NCBI GenBank assembly: GCA_016191425.1
Contig: JACPOR010000021.1
Location: forward strand, 84,312-148,311
From: Chloroflexota bacterium
GTDB taxonomy: Bacteria; Chloroflexota; Limnocylindria; Limnocylindrales; CSP1-4
DNA: 64,000 nucleotides
Reading direction: 5' to 3'
The translations under genes and the position numbers were made by a program. Under the pieces are notes generated by a model that was not told where the DNA came from, ran no database searches, and was given only the letters and a program-made list of their open reading frames with translations. Shown here in pieces: positions 24,904 through 33,836 of the stretch (positions are counted from its first letter, which is position 1; every line of letters begins with the position of its first letter).

Positions 24904-26607
24904 TCACGCACCGACGCCGGTATCTGGCTCGTCGAGGAATGTCTCGACGACGCGCACGAACGCGTGAGGGTGCGTGTGATGCGCGGCGTGGGCCGCCCCC
25001 TCGATGACCGAGACCCGACCGGCAGCGAGCCGCGAGTCGAGGGCTTCGGTGTTGAGACGGAATGACGGTCGACTCTCGGACCCGAGGACCTGCAGGATCG
25101 GCACGGTGGCATGGGCCAGTGCGTCGAGGCCGGCCGCCGGGTCGTTCGACGCCCCCATCTCCCGCAGGATCGTGGGTGCGGCAGCCACTCGGAGTGGCCA
25201 GACGGGATCGGCACGGAAGCGGGCCATCCCGGTGTCGTCCATGCCGACGACCGTTCGCATGAACCGCTCGAGCAGCCCTTCGAGATCGCCGCGGCTGAGG
25301 TCTTCCGCGAGCGTCGAGAGCAGCCAGGCCGGCTCGTAGGCCGAGTGCGGACCCGCGTCGCGCGGAGGGGCCCCCTCGTAGCAGACGATCCGGCGGATCG
25401 ATCTGGTCAGGAGCGACGCACCCAGCGCGCATCGACCACCGAACGAGTGGCCGAGGACGTCAACGGGCTCGCCAGCCTCAACGGCGAGTGCCTCAGCGAC
25501 GGCGGCGAGGTCCTCGAATTCGCGCTCGATCGAATAGGCCATCGGCGCGTCGCCCGACCGTCCGCGACCGCGCCGATCGATCGCGTGGATGACGCGCCGT
25601 ATCCCGAGGGTCGGCGCGACGACGCGGAAGGTCAGGTGGTCGGCGCCCGTCCCATGCACGACGACGAGCGGTCGAGTGCCCGCCGTCGCGACGCCGCTCC
25701 TGAAGACCGCGATCGGGGTGCCGTCGCGCGCCGGCACGATCCGATCCGGATCGACCATCGCCTGGACCCCCTGGACCTCCTGGATTCGCGGCAGACCCGT
25801 CGGGCCCGCATCCGGCGAGGCGGCGACATGGATGACCGGTACGCTCGGGGGGATGCCTGAGGCTGCCGCCTCGTCGAGAAGCCATACCGCGCCGGTCCGT
25901 CGAGCGAGCTGTGCGGGCAGTCGCCGGGTGTCGATCGGAGAACCGAAGAGCCGACCCAGGATCGCCGCCTTCGGGGCACCGTACATGACGACGATCGGCC
26001 TACGAGCAGCCGTGACGAGCGCGCCGTGGAGGGTCACCCGAGCGACGTGCGGCGCGATGTGCGTGGGCGCCGACACCGCCTGGACCCAGCGCGGGTCGTC
26101 CCAGGTCACAGAGTCGGGAAACACCGAGAACAGGTGGCCATCCGATCCGACGCCGACGAGGATGACGTCCATGCGGGGGAAGCCGAATGGGTCGAGTTCC
26201 ATGAACGCTGCGCGCATCGTCGCCGCATACCGTTCGGCGACGGCATCGGGCCCCTCACCCGAGTCCATGGCGGGCGCGATCGGGATCACGTGGACCTGCT
26301 CGAGGGGTATCGGCGCGTTGCGGAGCAGAAGGTCCCAGCAGGCGAGGGCGTTGGACAGGATGTCGTCCGGTCGGACCCACCGCTCGTCGCTCCACCACAG
26401 GTGCACGTGCTCCCAGGGCACCGTCTCCCTGAGCGGTGAGTCGGCAAGGTGCCGATAGATCGGGCCGGGCGTGGAGCCGCCGGTCGTGACCCAGTGGGCG
26501 ACACCTCGTTCGGCGACGGCGCGGGACAGGGCCTCGCCGATCCGGATCGCGGCGGCTTGGGAGACATCCGCCGGCTTGGGGTAGACGACGATCTGGGCCT
26601 CGCTCAC
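24904..26607 (-). CDS. pgl: 6-phosphogluconolactonase fused to a C-terminal alpha/beta-hydrolase domain
   Basis: Residues 1 to about 250 are Pgl/NagB-fold: WVTTGGSTPGPIY, HLWWSDERWV, LVGVGSDGHLFSVFP. Residues from about 290 to 567 carry VVVHGTGADH, GHSFGG (GxSxG) and a C-terminal GAAHAAHHTHP. GTGA overlap with the opcA stop. Confidence 0.8.
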   Translation of the reverse strand: MSEAQIVVYPKPADVSQAAAIRIGEALSRAVAERGVAHWVTTGGSTPGPIYRHLADSPLRETVPWEHVHLWWSDERWVRPDDILSNALACWDLLLRNAPIPLEQVHVIPIAPAMDSGEGPDAVAERYAATMRAAFMELDPFGFPRMDVILVGVGSDGHLFSVFPDSVTWDDPRWVQAVSAPTHIAPHVARVTLHGALVTAARRPIVVMYGAPKAAILGRLFGSPIDTRRLPAQLARRTGAVWLLDEAAASGIPPSVPVIHVAASPDAGPTGLPRIQEVQGVQAMVDPDRIVPARDGTPIAVFRSGVATAGTRPLVVVHGTGADHLTFRVVAPTLGIRRVIHAIDRRGRGRSGDAPMAYSIEREFEDLAAVAEALAVEAGEPVDVLGHSFGGRCALGASLLTRSIRRIVCYEGAPPRDAGPHSAYEPAWLLSTLAEDLSRGDLEGLLERFMRTVVGMDDTGMARFRADPVWPLRVAAAPTILREMGASNDPAAGLDALAHATVPILQVLGSESRPSFRLNTEALDSRLAAGRVSVIEGAAHAAHHTHPHAFVRVVETFLDEPDTGVGA

Positions 26608-27851
26608 GTCGGCCGCACGAGTTCCGCAGCGGCGAGGAGCGCGGCGACGGCGACCGGATCCCTGCCGACCGACTCGATGGTTTCCGCGAGGAGCTCCACT
26701 TCCGTTCGGCGTGGCGCCATGAACCGACGGACCGGCATCGACCGGCCATCGACGGTCGCATGCACCATCACGGCATCCGCCTCGGCCGAGACCACGACCT
26801 CGAGCGATGCTCCGCGCCGCTCGGCCGAAAGCTCGACGGTGAGCGTCGTTCCGGGCGGCATCGGCGAGGCCATCGGCAGGACCGCAACTGCCACGCTGCG
26901 CCGGCTGGCCCGGAGCCTGCCGGTCATGCGCAGGCCGAGGTCATCGCCGGACTCCGACGCGCCGTCGGGCACGACGGGCCGCAGCGGGGCCGCCACGACG
27001 AGGCCGAGGCGCGAGGCAAGCCAACCCACGTGGTAGAGCGGCTTGATGAGGTTGGTGCCCCACGGACCCGCGCCCCGATGGGCGGCGTACCGGACGGTGA
27101 TCGCGGTGATCCCCGACAGAAATGGCCGAAGCTCGGGACGATCGAAGCTCGAGGCGATGGCCTCGCGCCAGCGGGACTGGCGGATCATCGCGAAGTCCGA
27201 AACCGCGAGCTCGCCAATGCCGGCACCGTGCTCCCCGACGAGCCGAGCGAGGACCTGCAATCGGTCCAGCCCGTCCCCGGACCAGTGAGACCCGTCCACG
27301 ACGAGCCGATCTGCCATCGCGAGCATGTCCACGGCCTGCCGGGTCCCAAGCGGTGGGTCGCCGGGCCACCAGAGCGTGACCGGCAGGTCGTGCACCAGCA
27401 GCGGGGCCACGATCGCGGCGACGTGCCGGCCGGCCTCGCCGCCCGCGACGAGGTCGATGAACTCGGCGCAGGTCTCGGCCGCATCGGGGCGGGGGAGCAT
27501 GCAGATTGCCTGGATGTGCGCGTCGAGCCATGACGGCCCGTCCGGATCGGCACTCGAGACAATGAGCGTTCGGGACGGATGTCGCCCGGCGAGCATCCGG
27601 ATGACGGCGGCTGCGCGGGCCCCGATCTCGGGCTGGCGGGCGATCACGACGAGGTTGAGGACCGAGGTCCGGGCAGATACCCGCCGTTCCGCCTCACCCG
27701 TGTCGCCGGTGGTTGTCAGGGACGTTGCCGCCCAGACCTTGGCAAGCTCGGCCTCGATACCTGCCAGGGACGTGGTCCGTGAGGAGAATCGCAGGAGCGG
27801 GTCTCCGACGGTCGGCGCGTCCAGTCCCAGGGCTTCGTCCGTGGCGTGCAT
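26604..27851 (-). CDS. opcA: glucose-6-phosphate dehydrogenase assembly protein OpcA
   Basis: RTSVLNLVVIA..., LPVTLWWPGDPP, and position directly after zwf. Confidence 0.8.
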   Translation of the reverse strand: MHATDEALGLDAPTVGDPLLRFSSRTTSLAGIEAELAKVWAATSLTTTGDTGEAERRVSARTSVLNLVVIARQPEIGARAAAVIRMLAGRHPSRTLIVSSADPDGPSWLDAHIQAICMLPRPDAAETCAEFIDLVAGGEAGRHVAAIVAPLLVHDLPVTLWWPGDPPLGTRQAVDMLAMADRLVVDGSHWSGDGLDRLQVLARLVGEHGAGIGELAVSDFAMIRQSRWREAIASSFDRPELRPFLSGITAITVRYAAHRGAGPWGTNLIKPLYHVGWLASRLGLVVAAPLRPVVPDGASESGDDLGLRMTGRLRASRRSVAVAVLPMASPMPPGTTLTVELSAERRGASLEVVVSAEADAVMVHATVDGRSMPVRRFMAPRRTEVELLAETIESVGRDPVAVAALLAAAELVRPT

Positions 27852-27852
27852 C

Positions 27853-29472
27853 TCAGATCCGGCGCCAGTGACGTCCGTCGCGCTCGATCAGGGTGTCGGC
27901 TGCGTTGGGGCCCCACGTCCCGGCCACGTAATTCGGGAAGTCGGGAGCGGGTCCGTTGACCCACGAATCGACGATCGGCGTGGCGATGGCCCAGGCGGCC
28001 TCGACCTCGTCCGCCCTCGTGAACAGCGACGCGTCGCCGAGCATGGCGTCCAGGAGCAGGGTCTCGTAGGCGTCGGGGCTGTCAACGGAGAAGGCCGAGC
28101 CGTACGTGAAGTCCATCGTCACGGTCCGGATGTCCAGGCCGAGGCCCGGAACCTTCGATCCGAACCGGAGCAGGATCCCTTCGTCCGGCTGGATGCGGAT
28201 CGCGAGGAGGTTCGGCTGGGGATCCACGGCCGAGTCCCGGAAGAGCCGGTGTGGCACGCCCTTGAACTGGATCGCGATCTCGGTGGCGCGTTTCGGAAGG
28301 CGCTTGCCGGCGCGCAGGTAGAACGGGACCCCGGACCAGCGCCAGTCGTCGATCTGGAGGCGTGTCGCCATGAAGGTCTCCGTTTCCGATTGCGCGTCGA
28401 CCGCGGTCTCGGCTCGGTAACCCTGCACGGGTTTCGCCTCGACCCAGCCCGGGCCGTACTGACCCCGGACCACGTTGGCTGCGACATCCGCCGCCCCGAA
28501 CTCGGGAATCGCCCTGAGGACCTTGACCTTCTCATCGCGGAGCGCATCGGCATCGAACGTTGCCGGCGGCTCCATGGCCACGAGTGTGAGGAGCTGCAGG
28601 AGGTGGTTCTGGACGACGTCGCGGGTGGCGCCCGTCTCCTCGTAGAAGGAGCCGCGTTCCTCGACGCCGAGGGACTCGGCCATCGTGATCTGGACATGGT
28701 CGACGTAGCGCCGGTTCCAGAGTGGCTCGAAGATGCCGTTGCCGAACCGGAAGACCATCAGGTTCCGGACGGTCTCCTTGCCCAGGTAGTGGTCGATGCG
28801 ATAGACCTGTGACTCGCGGAAGACCCGTCCGACCTCTCGATTGAGCTTCCTCGCCGAGTCCAGGTCACGCCCGAACGGCTTCTCGATGACGATCCTGCGC
28901 CAGCCGCCGCCGTGAAGTTCGTGGTCGAGACCCGTCCGTCCGAGCTGGGCCACGATCTGGGGGAACGCGGACGACTGGGTCGCCAGGTAGAAGAGTCGAT
29001 CACCCTGGGTGCCGAGTTCCGCGTCCATCGCGTCGAGACGGACGGCCAGCCGATCGAACGCCTCGTCGTCCCCGAAGTCACCCTGGTGGTATGAGATCCG
29101 GCCCAGGAACTGGGCGGCCACGTCGGACTCGAGGCGAACCCGGCTGTATTGCTCGAGCGAAGCCGTGATCTCCGCGCGAAACGTTGCATCGTCATGGGGG
29201 CGGCGGCCGACCGCGACGAGCTGCCAGTCCTGGGGCAGGAGGTTCGTCCGCCACAGCTGGGCGAGTGCGGGGAACACCTTGCGATGGGAGAGGTCGCCCG
29301 TCGCGCCGAACAGGACCATGACGTGGGGATCGGGCACTCGCTCCAGGCGAAGTCCTTCGCGCAGCGGGTTGACGTCGTGCCTGACCGAGCGCCGGCGGCG
29401 ACCAATGCGCTCGATCCGCTCTTCGCGGATCGTCCTCGGCGGCGTGGTGGCGGGACCGCCGGTACGTGCCAC
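27853..29472 (-). CDS. zwf: glucose-6-phosphate 1-dehydrogenase
   Basis: LFGATGDLSHRKVFPAL and RIDHYLGKE motifs. It has an Arg-rich extension of about 35 aa at the N-terminus. Confidence 0.9.
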   Translation of the reverse strand: MARTGGPATTPPRTIREERIERIGRRRRSVRHDVNPLREGLRLERVPDPHVMVLFGATGDLSHRKVFPALAQLWRTNLLPQDWQLVAVGRRPHDDATFRAEITASLEQYSRVRLESDVAAQFLGRISYHQGDFGDDEAFDRLAVRLDAMDAELGTQGDRLFYLATQSSAFPQIVAQLGRTGLDHELHGGGWRRIVIEKPFGRDLDSARKLNREVGRVFRESQVYRIDHYLGKETVRNLMVFRFGNGIFEPLWNRRYVDHVQITMAESLGVEERGSFYEETGATRDVVQNHLLQLLTLVAMEPPATFDADALRDEKVKVLRAIPEFGAADVAANVVRGQYGPGWVEAKPVQGYRAETAVDAQSETETFMATRLQIDDWRWSGVPFYLRAGKRLPKRATEIAIQFKGVPHRLFRDSAVDPQPNLLAIRIQPDEGILLRFGSKVPGLGLDIRTVTMDFTYGSAFSVDSPDAYETLLLDAMLGDASLFTRADEVEAAWAIATPIVDSWVNGPAPDFPNYVAGTWGPNAADTLIERDGRHWRRI

Positions 29473-29473
29473 G

Positions 29474-30373
29474 TCAGACGTTCTTCACCGCGTGGCCGCC
29501 GAACTCGTTGCGGAGAGCGGCGAGGACCTTGGCCCCGTAGGAATCCTCCTGACGCGAGCGAAACCTGGTCTGGAGCGCGATCGTGATCACGGGTGCCGGC
29601 ACGTCGCGATCGATGGCCTCCTGGACCGTCCAGCGCCCTTCCCCGGAATCCGCGACCCAGCCCTTCAGGTGCTCAAGGTCCTGACCCTGACCCTTGTACG
29701 CCAGGCCCAGGAGCTCCAGGAGCCAGCTGCGGACGACGCTGCCGTGCATCCAGTTGTCGGCGATCGCGGCAAGGTCGAGGGCGTACCCGGACGCATGGAG
29801 GATCTCGAAGCCCTCCGCGTACGCCTGCATCATTCCGTACTCGATCCCGTTGTGGATCATCTTCACGTAGTGCCCGGCGCCGGGCGCGCCGGCGTGGATG
29901 TAGCCGCCCTCCGGCGCGAGGCTGCGGAACACCGGCTCGAGTGGCGCGACTGCCGCGGGCTCCCCGCCGACCATCAGGCAGAAACCTACCTCCAGGCCCC
30001 AGATTCCACCGGAGACGCCCGCATCCACGTACTGGACACCCCGCCCTGCCAGCTCAGCGTGGCGCCGGACGTCGTCATGGAAGTTCGTGTTGCCGCCGTC
30101 GACGATGGTGTCACCGGGCTCGAGGTGCTCCATGAGTTCGACGATCTGGGCCTCGGTCGCGTCGCCGGCCGGGACCATGATCCAGACGGTGCGCGGCCTT
30201 GCCAGCTTGCCCACGAGTTCGGCGATCGAGAGCGAGGGTTCGGCGCCCTCGCTGGCGATCTCCTGGGTCTTCTCGGGGCTCCGGTTGTAGGCCACGATCT
30301 CGTGTCCGTCGCGGAGCAGGCGGCGGACCATGTTGGCCCCCATCCGACCAAGGCCGATGAACCCGATTCGCAT
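29474..30373 (-). CDS. gnd: 6-phosphogluconate dehydrogenase (decarboxylating), short Gnd-like form
   Basis: MRIGFIGLGRMGANMVRRL after GGAGGCACCACGAAA; GGNTNF; about 299 aa. The stop lies 1 nt from the zwf start. Confidence 0.85.
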   Translation of the reverse strand: MRIGFIGLGRMGANMVRRLLRDGHEIVAYNRSPEKTQEIASEGAEPSLSIAELVGKLARPRTVWIMVPAGDATEAQIVELMEHLEPGDTIVDGGNTNFHDDVRRHAELAGRGVQYVDAGVSGGIWGLEVGFCLMVGGEPAAVAPLEPVFRSLAPEGGYIHAGAPGAGHYVKMIHNGIEYGMMQAYAEGFEILHASGYALDLAAIADNWMHGSVVRSWLLELLGLAYKGQGQDLEHLKGWVADSGEGRWTVQEAIDRDVPAPVITIALQTRFRSRQEDSYGAKVLAALRNEFGGHAVKNV

Positions 30374-30610
30374 TTTCGTGGTGCCTCCGATGAGAAACGC
30401 AAAGCGCCGCAGCTGACGGTTGGTGGGCTTCACCGCAGTCTACTCGCGGTGCGTGACGGAGCCCGCATCGGCACCCGCGCGCCCCGCGCCCACGCTTGCC
30501 ACGCTGCAAACTCCCATCCCCGCGCCGCGCGCCCCCACTCGAAGACGTGTTCCCAGGACGCCCACGCCCCCTGGCTCCCCCGATTCCGCGCCCCACGCGT
30601 CCCCGGCTCC

Positions 30611-30655
30611 CCAATTTCCTCGCCGGCACTCCAATTCCCCCGCCGGCACTCCAAG
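30611..30655. repeat. 20-nt tandem repeat x2.3 (CCAATTYCCYCGCCGGCACT)
   Basis: Units at 30611..30630 and 30631..30650, plus a partial. Looser related copies extend back to about 30560. Confidence 0.8.
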
Positions 30656-30696
30656 AAGGATTATCGGGCGCCCGGGTGGTCATCCGGTGGCCGCAA

Positions 30697-30767
30697 CGAC
30701 GCCGTTTGCCCGCCTACGACACGAACACGACGCCGTTTGCCCGCCTACGAGACGCACACGACGCCGG
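30697..30767. repeat. 31-nt tandem repeat x2.3 (CGACGCCGTTTGCCCGCCTACGASACGMACA)
   Basis: Units at 30697..30727 and 30728..30758, plus a partial. Confidence 0.85.
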
Positions 30768-30976
30768 TTATGCCTTCATAGAGTGGAAATACACGCGTCG
30801 AGGTTGCGAAGAGCCAGCTCGGGCACCAGGACCGGAGTTCCGTCGCCTGCTAAGCCTTCTTGGAATGAACGGGCCTTCGGATTCAGCAGCCTCGAGGCAC
30901 GAAAGCACCGTGATCCACGTGTCCTGGGCGATGCCCCGCTCGGCGGTGCCAAACGGCCAGGTCCGCCCTGTCGTCG

Positions 30977-32809
30977 TCAGGCGTCAAGCGCTCGGGTGAA
31001 GGCGCGCTCGAGGGTCGCGAAGTCGGCCGCATGATCAGGCCCCAGCCGCAATCGAAGGATCGGCAGGTTGTGCGAGGCAATGGCCTCCGCGTCGCCCTGT
31101 GCCTGCGCCTCAATCAGACCGCCGAAGGTGTAGGGCCAGCCCGGAATCTCTCGATCGGTGCCGTGGACTGACGTCAGTTGGACGAACCAGCCGATCGGGG
31201 CGCCGCCCTTGTGGAGCTGGCCGGTGGAGTGGAGGAACCGGGGGCCGTAGCCGGCGGTCGTGGCGTATCCCGTTCGATCACGTACGAGTGCCCGGATCCG
31301 TTGGATCGCTCCGTCGGCGACCTCGCTCGGGGCGATGAAGGCCTGGATGGCCACGTAGCGACCCGGATGCCGGCCGCCAAGACCGGCGCGGATCACCTCG
31401 GCGAGATGCTCCTCACCGGTCAAGGCGATGTCGAGCGGGTGCGGCGACCCCGCGCCGCGCGTCGCGCCCTGGTCCCGGGCGCGCATTCCGCCCTCGTCCC
31501 GGGCGCGCATTCCGCCCTGGTCCCGGGCGCGAATCGCTCCCTGGCCCCCTCCGGGGGCCGCGGCTTCGCTAGCTTCCCCGGCTTCGCCCCGGCCCCGCAC
31601 CTGCGAGGTCGCCGTGAGCAGGCGCCTCGTGAGCTCCTTTGCCTCCTCGACGTTGGGCTGGTCAAACGGATCGATGCCGAGGACGGCGCCCGCGATCGCG
31701 GTGGCAACCTCCCAACGCACGAACTCGGCTCCGAGATCCATCGGATCCTCGAGCGTCAGGCGGATCACCGGGTGCCCGGCCACCGCCAGCGCCTCGAGCA
31801 GGCCATGCGACGGATCCGGCGATTCGGACAGTGCCAGTGACACGAATACGCGGTCCGTGCCGTACGCGGCCACGGACCCGAGGGGTTCCCGATCGACCGG
31901 CACGATCCCGACACCTTGCTTGCCGGTCGACTCGGCGATCAGCTGCTCGGCCCATGCTCCGAATCCGGCGAGGTCCCGGTCGGTGATGAAGGTGAGCTTG
32001 TCCCGGCCCGTTCGCGCCAGCTCACCCAGCGCGATCCCCAGGAGCAGCCCGGGATTCCGATCCGGCTCCGGCTCGTGGCAGGCCGCCAGCATCATCGAGG
32101 CGGAGGCCAGCAGGGGATCGAGGTCGAGGCCGATCAGCGAGGCCGGGACGAGCCCGACGTAGGAGAGCGCCGAGTAGCGACCGCCGACGTCGGGCGGGTT
32201 GAGGAAGACCTCGCGGAGTTCGTCGTGGTGAGGGACCGCAGCGACACTCCTGCCTGGATCCGTGATGGCGACGATGAAATCACCGGGTCGCTGATCCGAG
32301 CCCGTTGCCGCGAGCGCGCCGGCCACGCGGGACCAGGCATCGGCGAGGAAGGCAAGTGGCTCGGTGGTCGTACCGGACTTCGAGGCGACGATCCACAGGG
32401 TCGCCAGCGGATCGAGGTCGTCGACCGTCGCGGCCACGGACGCTGGATCGGTGGAATCGAGGACCCGCAGCTCGAGATACCCTTCAGCGGATCCGAACGT
32501 CCGATACAGGACATCCGGCGCGAGGCTCGAACCGCCCATGCCCATGACGACGGCAGTCGTGAACCCGGCGACGCGAATCCCGTCGCCGAAGCCCTCGAGA
32601 GCCGGGATCTGATCGGAGAAGTGGGCTGGCGCATCGAGCCATCCGAGGCGTTGCGCCATGGCGGCCCGGACCTCGGGATCCTCGGACCAGAGGGTCGTAT
32701 CGCGATCCATGAGACGCTGCGCCCACTCGTTGCGCCGCGCGTGCTCGGTCACCGCGGCCAGGCGCTCCTCGTCTCTGGGTGCCAGTCGAAGTTCGAACTC
32801 CGCGCTCAT
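30977..32809 (-). CDS. pgi: glucose-6-phosphate isomerase
   Basis: ATG at 32809 after GGAGGTTCTGT. VMGMGGSSLAPDV, SKSGTTTEP and GGRYSALS motifs. Contains an in-frame 24-nt repeat insertion. Confidence 0.85.
   Translation of the reverse strand: MSAEFELRLAPRDEERLAAVTEHARRNEWAQRLMDRDTTLWSEDPEVRAAMAQRLGWLDAPAHFSDQIPALEGFGDGIRVAGFTTAVVMGMGGSSLAPDVLYRTFGSAEGYLELRVLDSTDPASVAATVDDLDPLATLWIVASKSGTTTEPLAFLADAWSRVAGALAATGSDQRPGDFIVAITDPGRSVAAVPHHDELREVFLNPPDVGGRYSALSYVGLVPASLIGLDLDPLLASASMMLAACHEPEPDRNPGLLLGIALGELARTGRDKLTFITDRDLAGFGAWAEQLIAESTGKQGVGIVPVDREPLGSVAAYGTDRVFVSLALSESPDPSHGLLEALAVAGHPVIRLTLEDPMDLGAEFVRWEVATAIAGAVLGIDPFDQPNVEEAKELTRRLLTATSQVRGRGEAGEASEAAAPGGGQGAIRARDQGGMRARDEGGMRARDQGATRGAGSPHPLDIALTGEEHLAEVIRAGLGGRHPGRYVAIQAFIAPSEVADGAIQRIRALVRDRTGYATTAGYGPRFLHSTGQLHKGGAPIGWFVQLTSVHGTDREIPGWPYTFGGLIEAQAQGDAEAIASHNLPILRLRLGPDHAADFATLERAFTRALDA
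31466..31537. repeat. 24-nt tandem repeat x3, in frame inside pgi
   Basis: gccctggtcccgggcgcgcattcc / gccctcgtcccgggcgcgcattcc / gccctggtcccgggcgcgaatcgc. It encodes GAIRARDQ-GGMRARDE-GGMRARDQ on the reverse strand. Confidence 0.9.
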
Positions 32810-32901
32810 ACAGAACCTCCGACGAGACATCTCGCGTGCTCGGATTCAGCGTTGCCGCCAGTCTACGCGCGATCCCTGTCCGGTCGGTCCGACGGCCGGG
32901 T

Positions 32902-33360
32902 TCAGCGGCCGTCAGCCTCGATGGCGAGGACCTTGTTGAGGCGCCGCACATGTCGAGCCTCACCCGAGAAGACGGCCCCCAGGAAGGCGAGGGCACACTC
33001 GAACGCCAGCTCCGGGCCGATGACGCGCGAGCCCAGCGTGAGTACGTTCATGTCGTCGTGTTCGACACCCTGACGGGCCGAGTACGTATCGTGACAGATG
33101 GCTGCCCGGACCCCCCGGATCTTGTTGGCTGCCACGGACGCGCCGACACCCGAACCACAGATGAGGATCCCCCGGTCGACGGTGCCGTCACGGACGGCGA
33201 TGGCGAGGCGGGCGGCGAAGTCGGGATAGTCGTCGGTCGGGTCCGAACCGTCGCCACCAAGGTCGATGTAGTCGTGGCCGAGGTCGGCGGCACGGAAGCG
33301 GCGAACGAGTTCAGCCTTGAGGGCGGCACCAGCATGATCCGCGGCGAACCCGATGCGCAT
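32902..33360 (-). CDS. rpiB: ribose-5-phosphate isomerase B
   Basis: [11 protein letters not shown]... and [16 protein letters not shown] motifs. Its start codon shares one base with the PIN gene stop (TGATG). Confidence 0.9.
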   Translation of the reverse strand: MRIGFAADHAGAALKAELVRRFRAADLGHDYIDLGGDGSDPTDDYPDFAARLAIAVRDGTVDRGILICGSGVGASVAANKIRGVRAAICHDTYSARQGVEHDDMNVLTLGSRVIGPELAFECALAFLGAVFSGEARHVRRLNKVLAIEADGR

Positions 33361-33767
33361 CACGTGGCCTCGGCGACGCGGTGCACGACCACACCCACGT
33401 CCGGCCATCGCTGGTCGGTCGTCAGGATTCGATCAGCCACGACGGCGTGGGCGGTCGCGATCACCAGGGCGTCCGGCTTGAGAGCTCGGCCGCAGCGCGC
33501 CTTGAGGCCGGCCGCAGCCGCAGCGATCCGCCGAGATATTGGCTCGACCCGGGCCGGCAGGGTGTCGAGGAGGTCGTCTGTTCGCTGGACGGCCTCGCCG
33601 CCCAGGCGGCTTGGCAGGACGAGAATCTCGGCGGATGCAGAGGCGGGAAGGACGAACGCATCCTGTGTCGCCGGCGCCGGGATCGCGCTTCGGGCGGCGA
33701 GGTGGTGGATGTCCGACCGGTCCATGAAGGCGATCAGGACGCCCGCGTCGAGGACGGTCGCCGCCAT
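33360..33767 (-). CDS. PIN-domain (VapC-like) protein without an adjacent antitoxin
   Basis: [14 protein letters not shown] (Asp1), SAEIL (Glu), PDALVIATA (Asp), LTTDQRW (Asp). Only 69 nt separate it from the tkt stop. An alternative start lies at 33788. Confidence 0.7.
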   Translation of the reverse strand: MAATVLDAGVLIAFMDRSDIHHLAARSAIPAPATQDAFVLPASASAEILVLPSRLGGEAVQRTDDLLDTLPARVEPISRRIAAAAAGLKARCGRALKPDALVIATAHAVVADRILTTDQRWPDVGVVVHRVAEAT

Positions 33768-33836
33768 GACCTTGACTTCATCGCCCATGCGTAAAGGATA
33801 GCCGGCTCCCAAGCTGTCGGTGACGAGGGATCTGGA

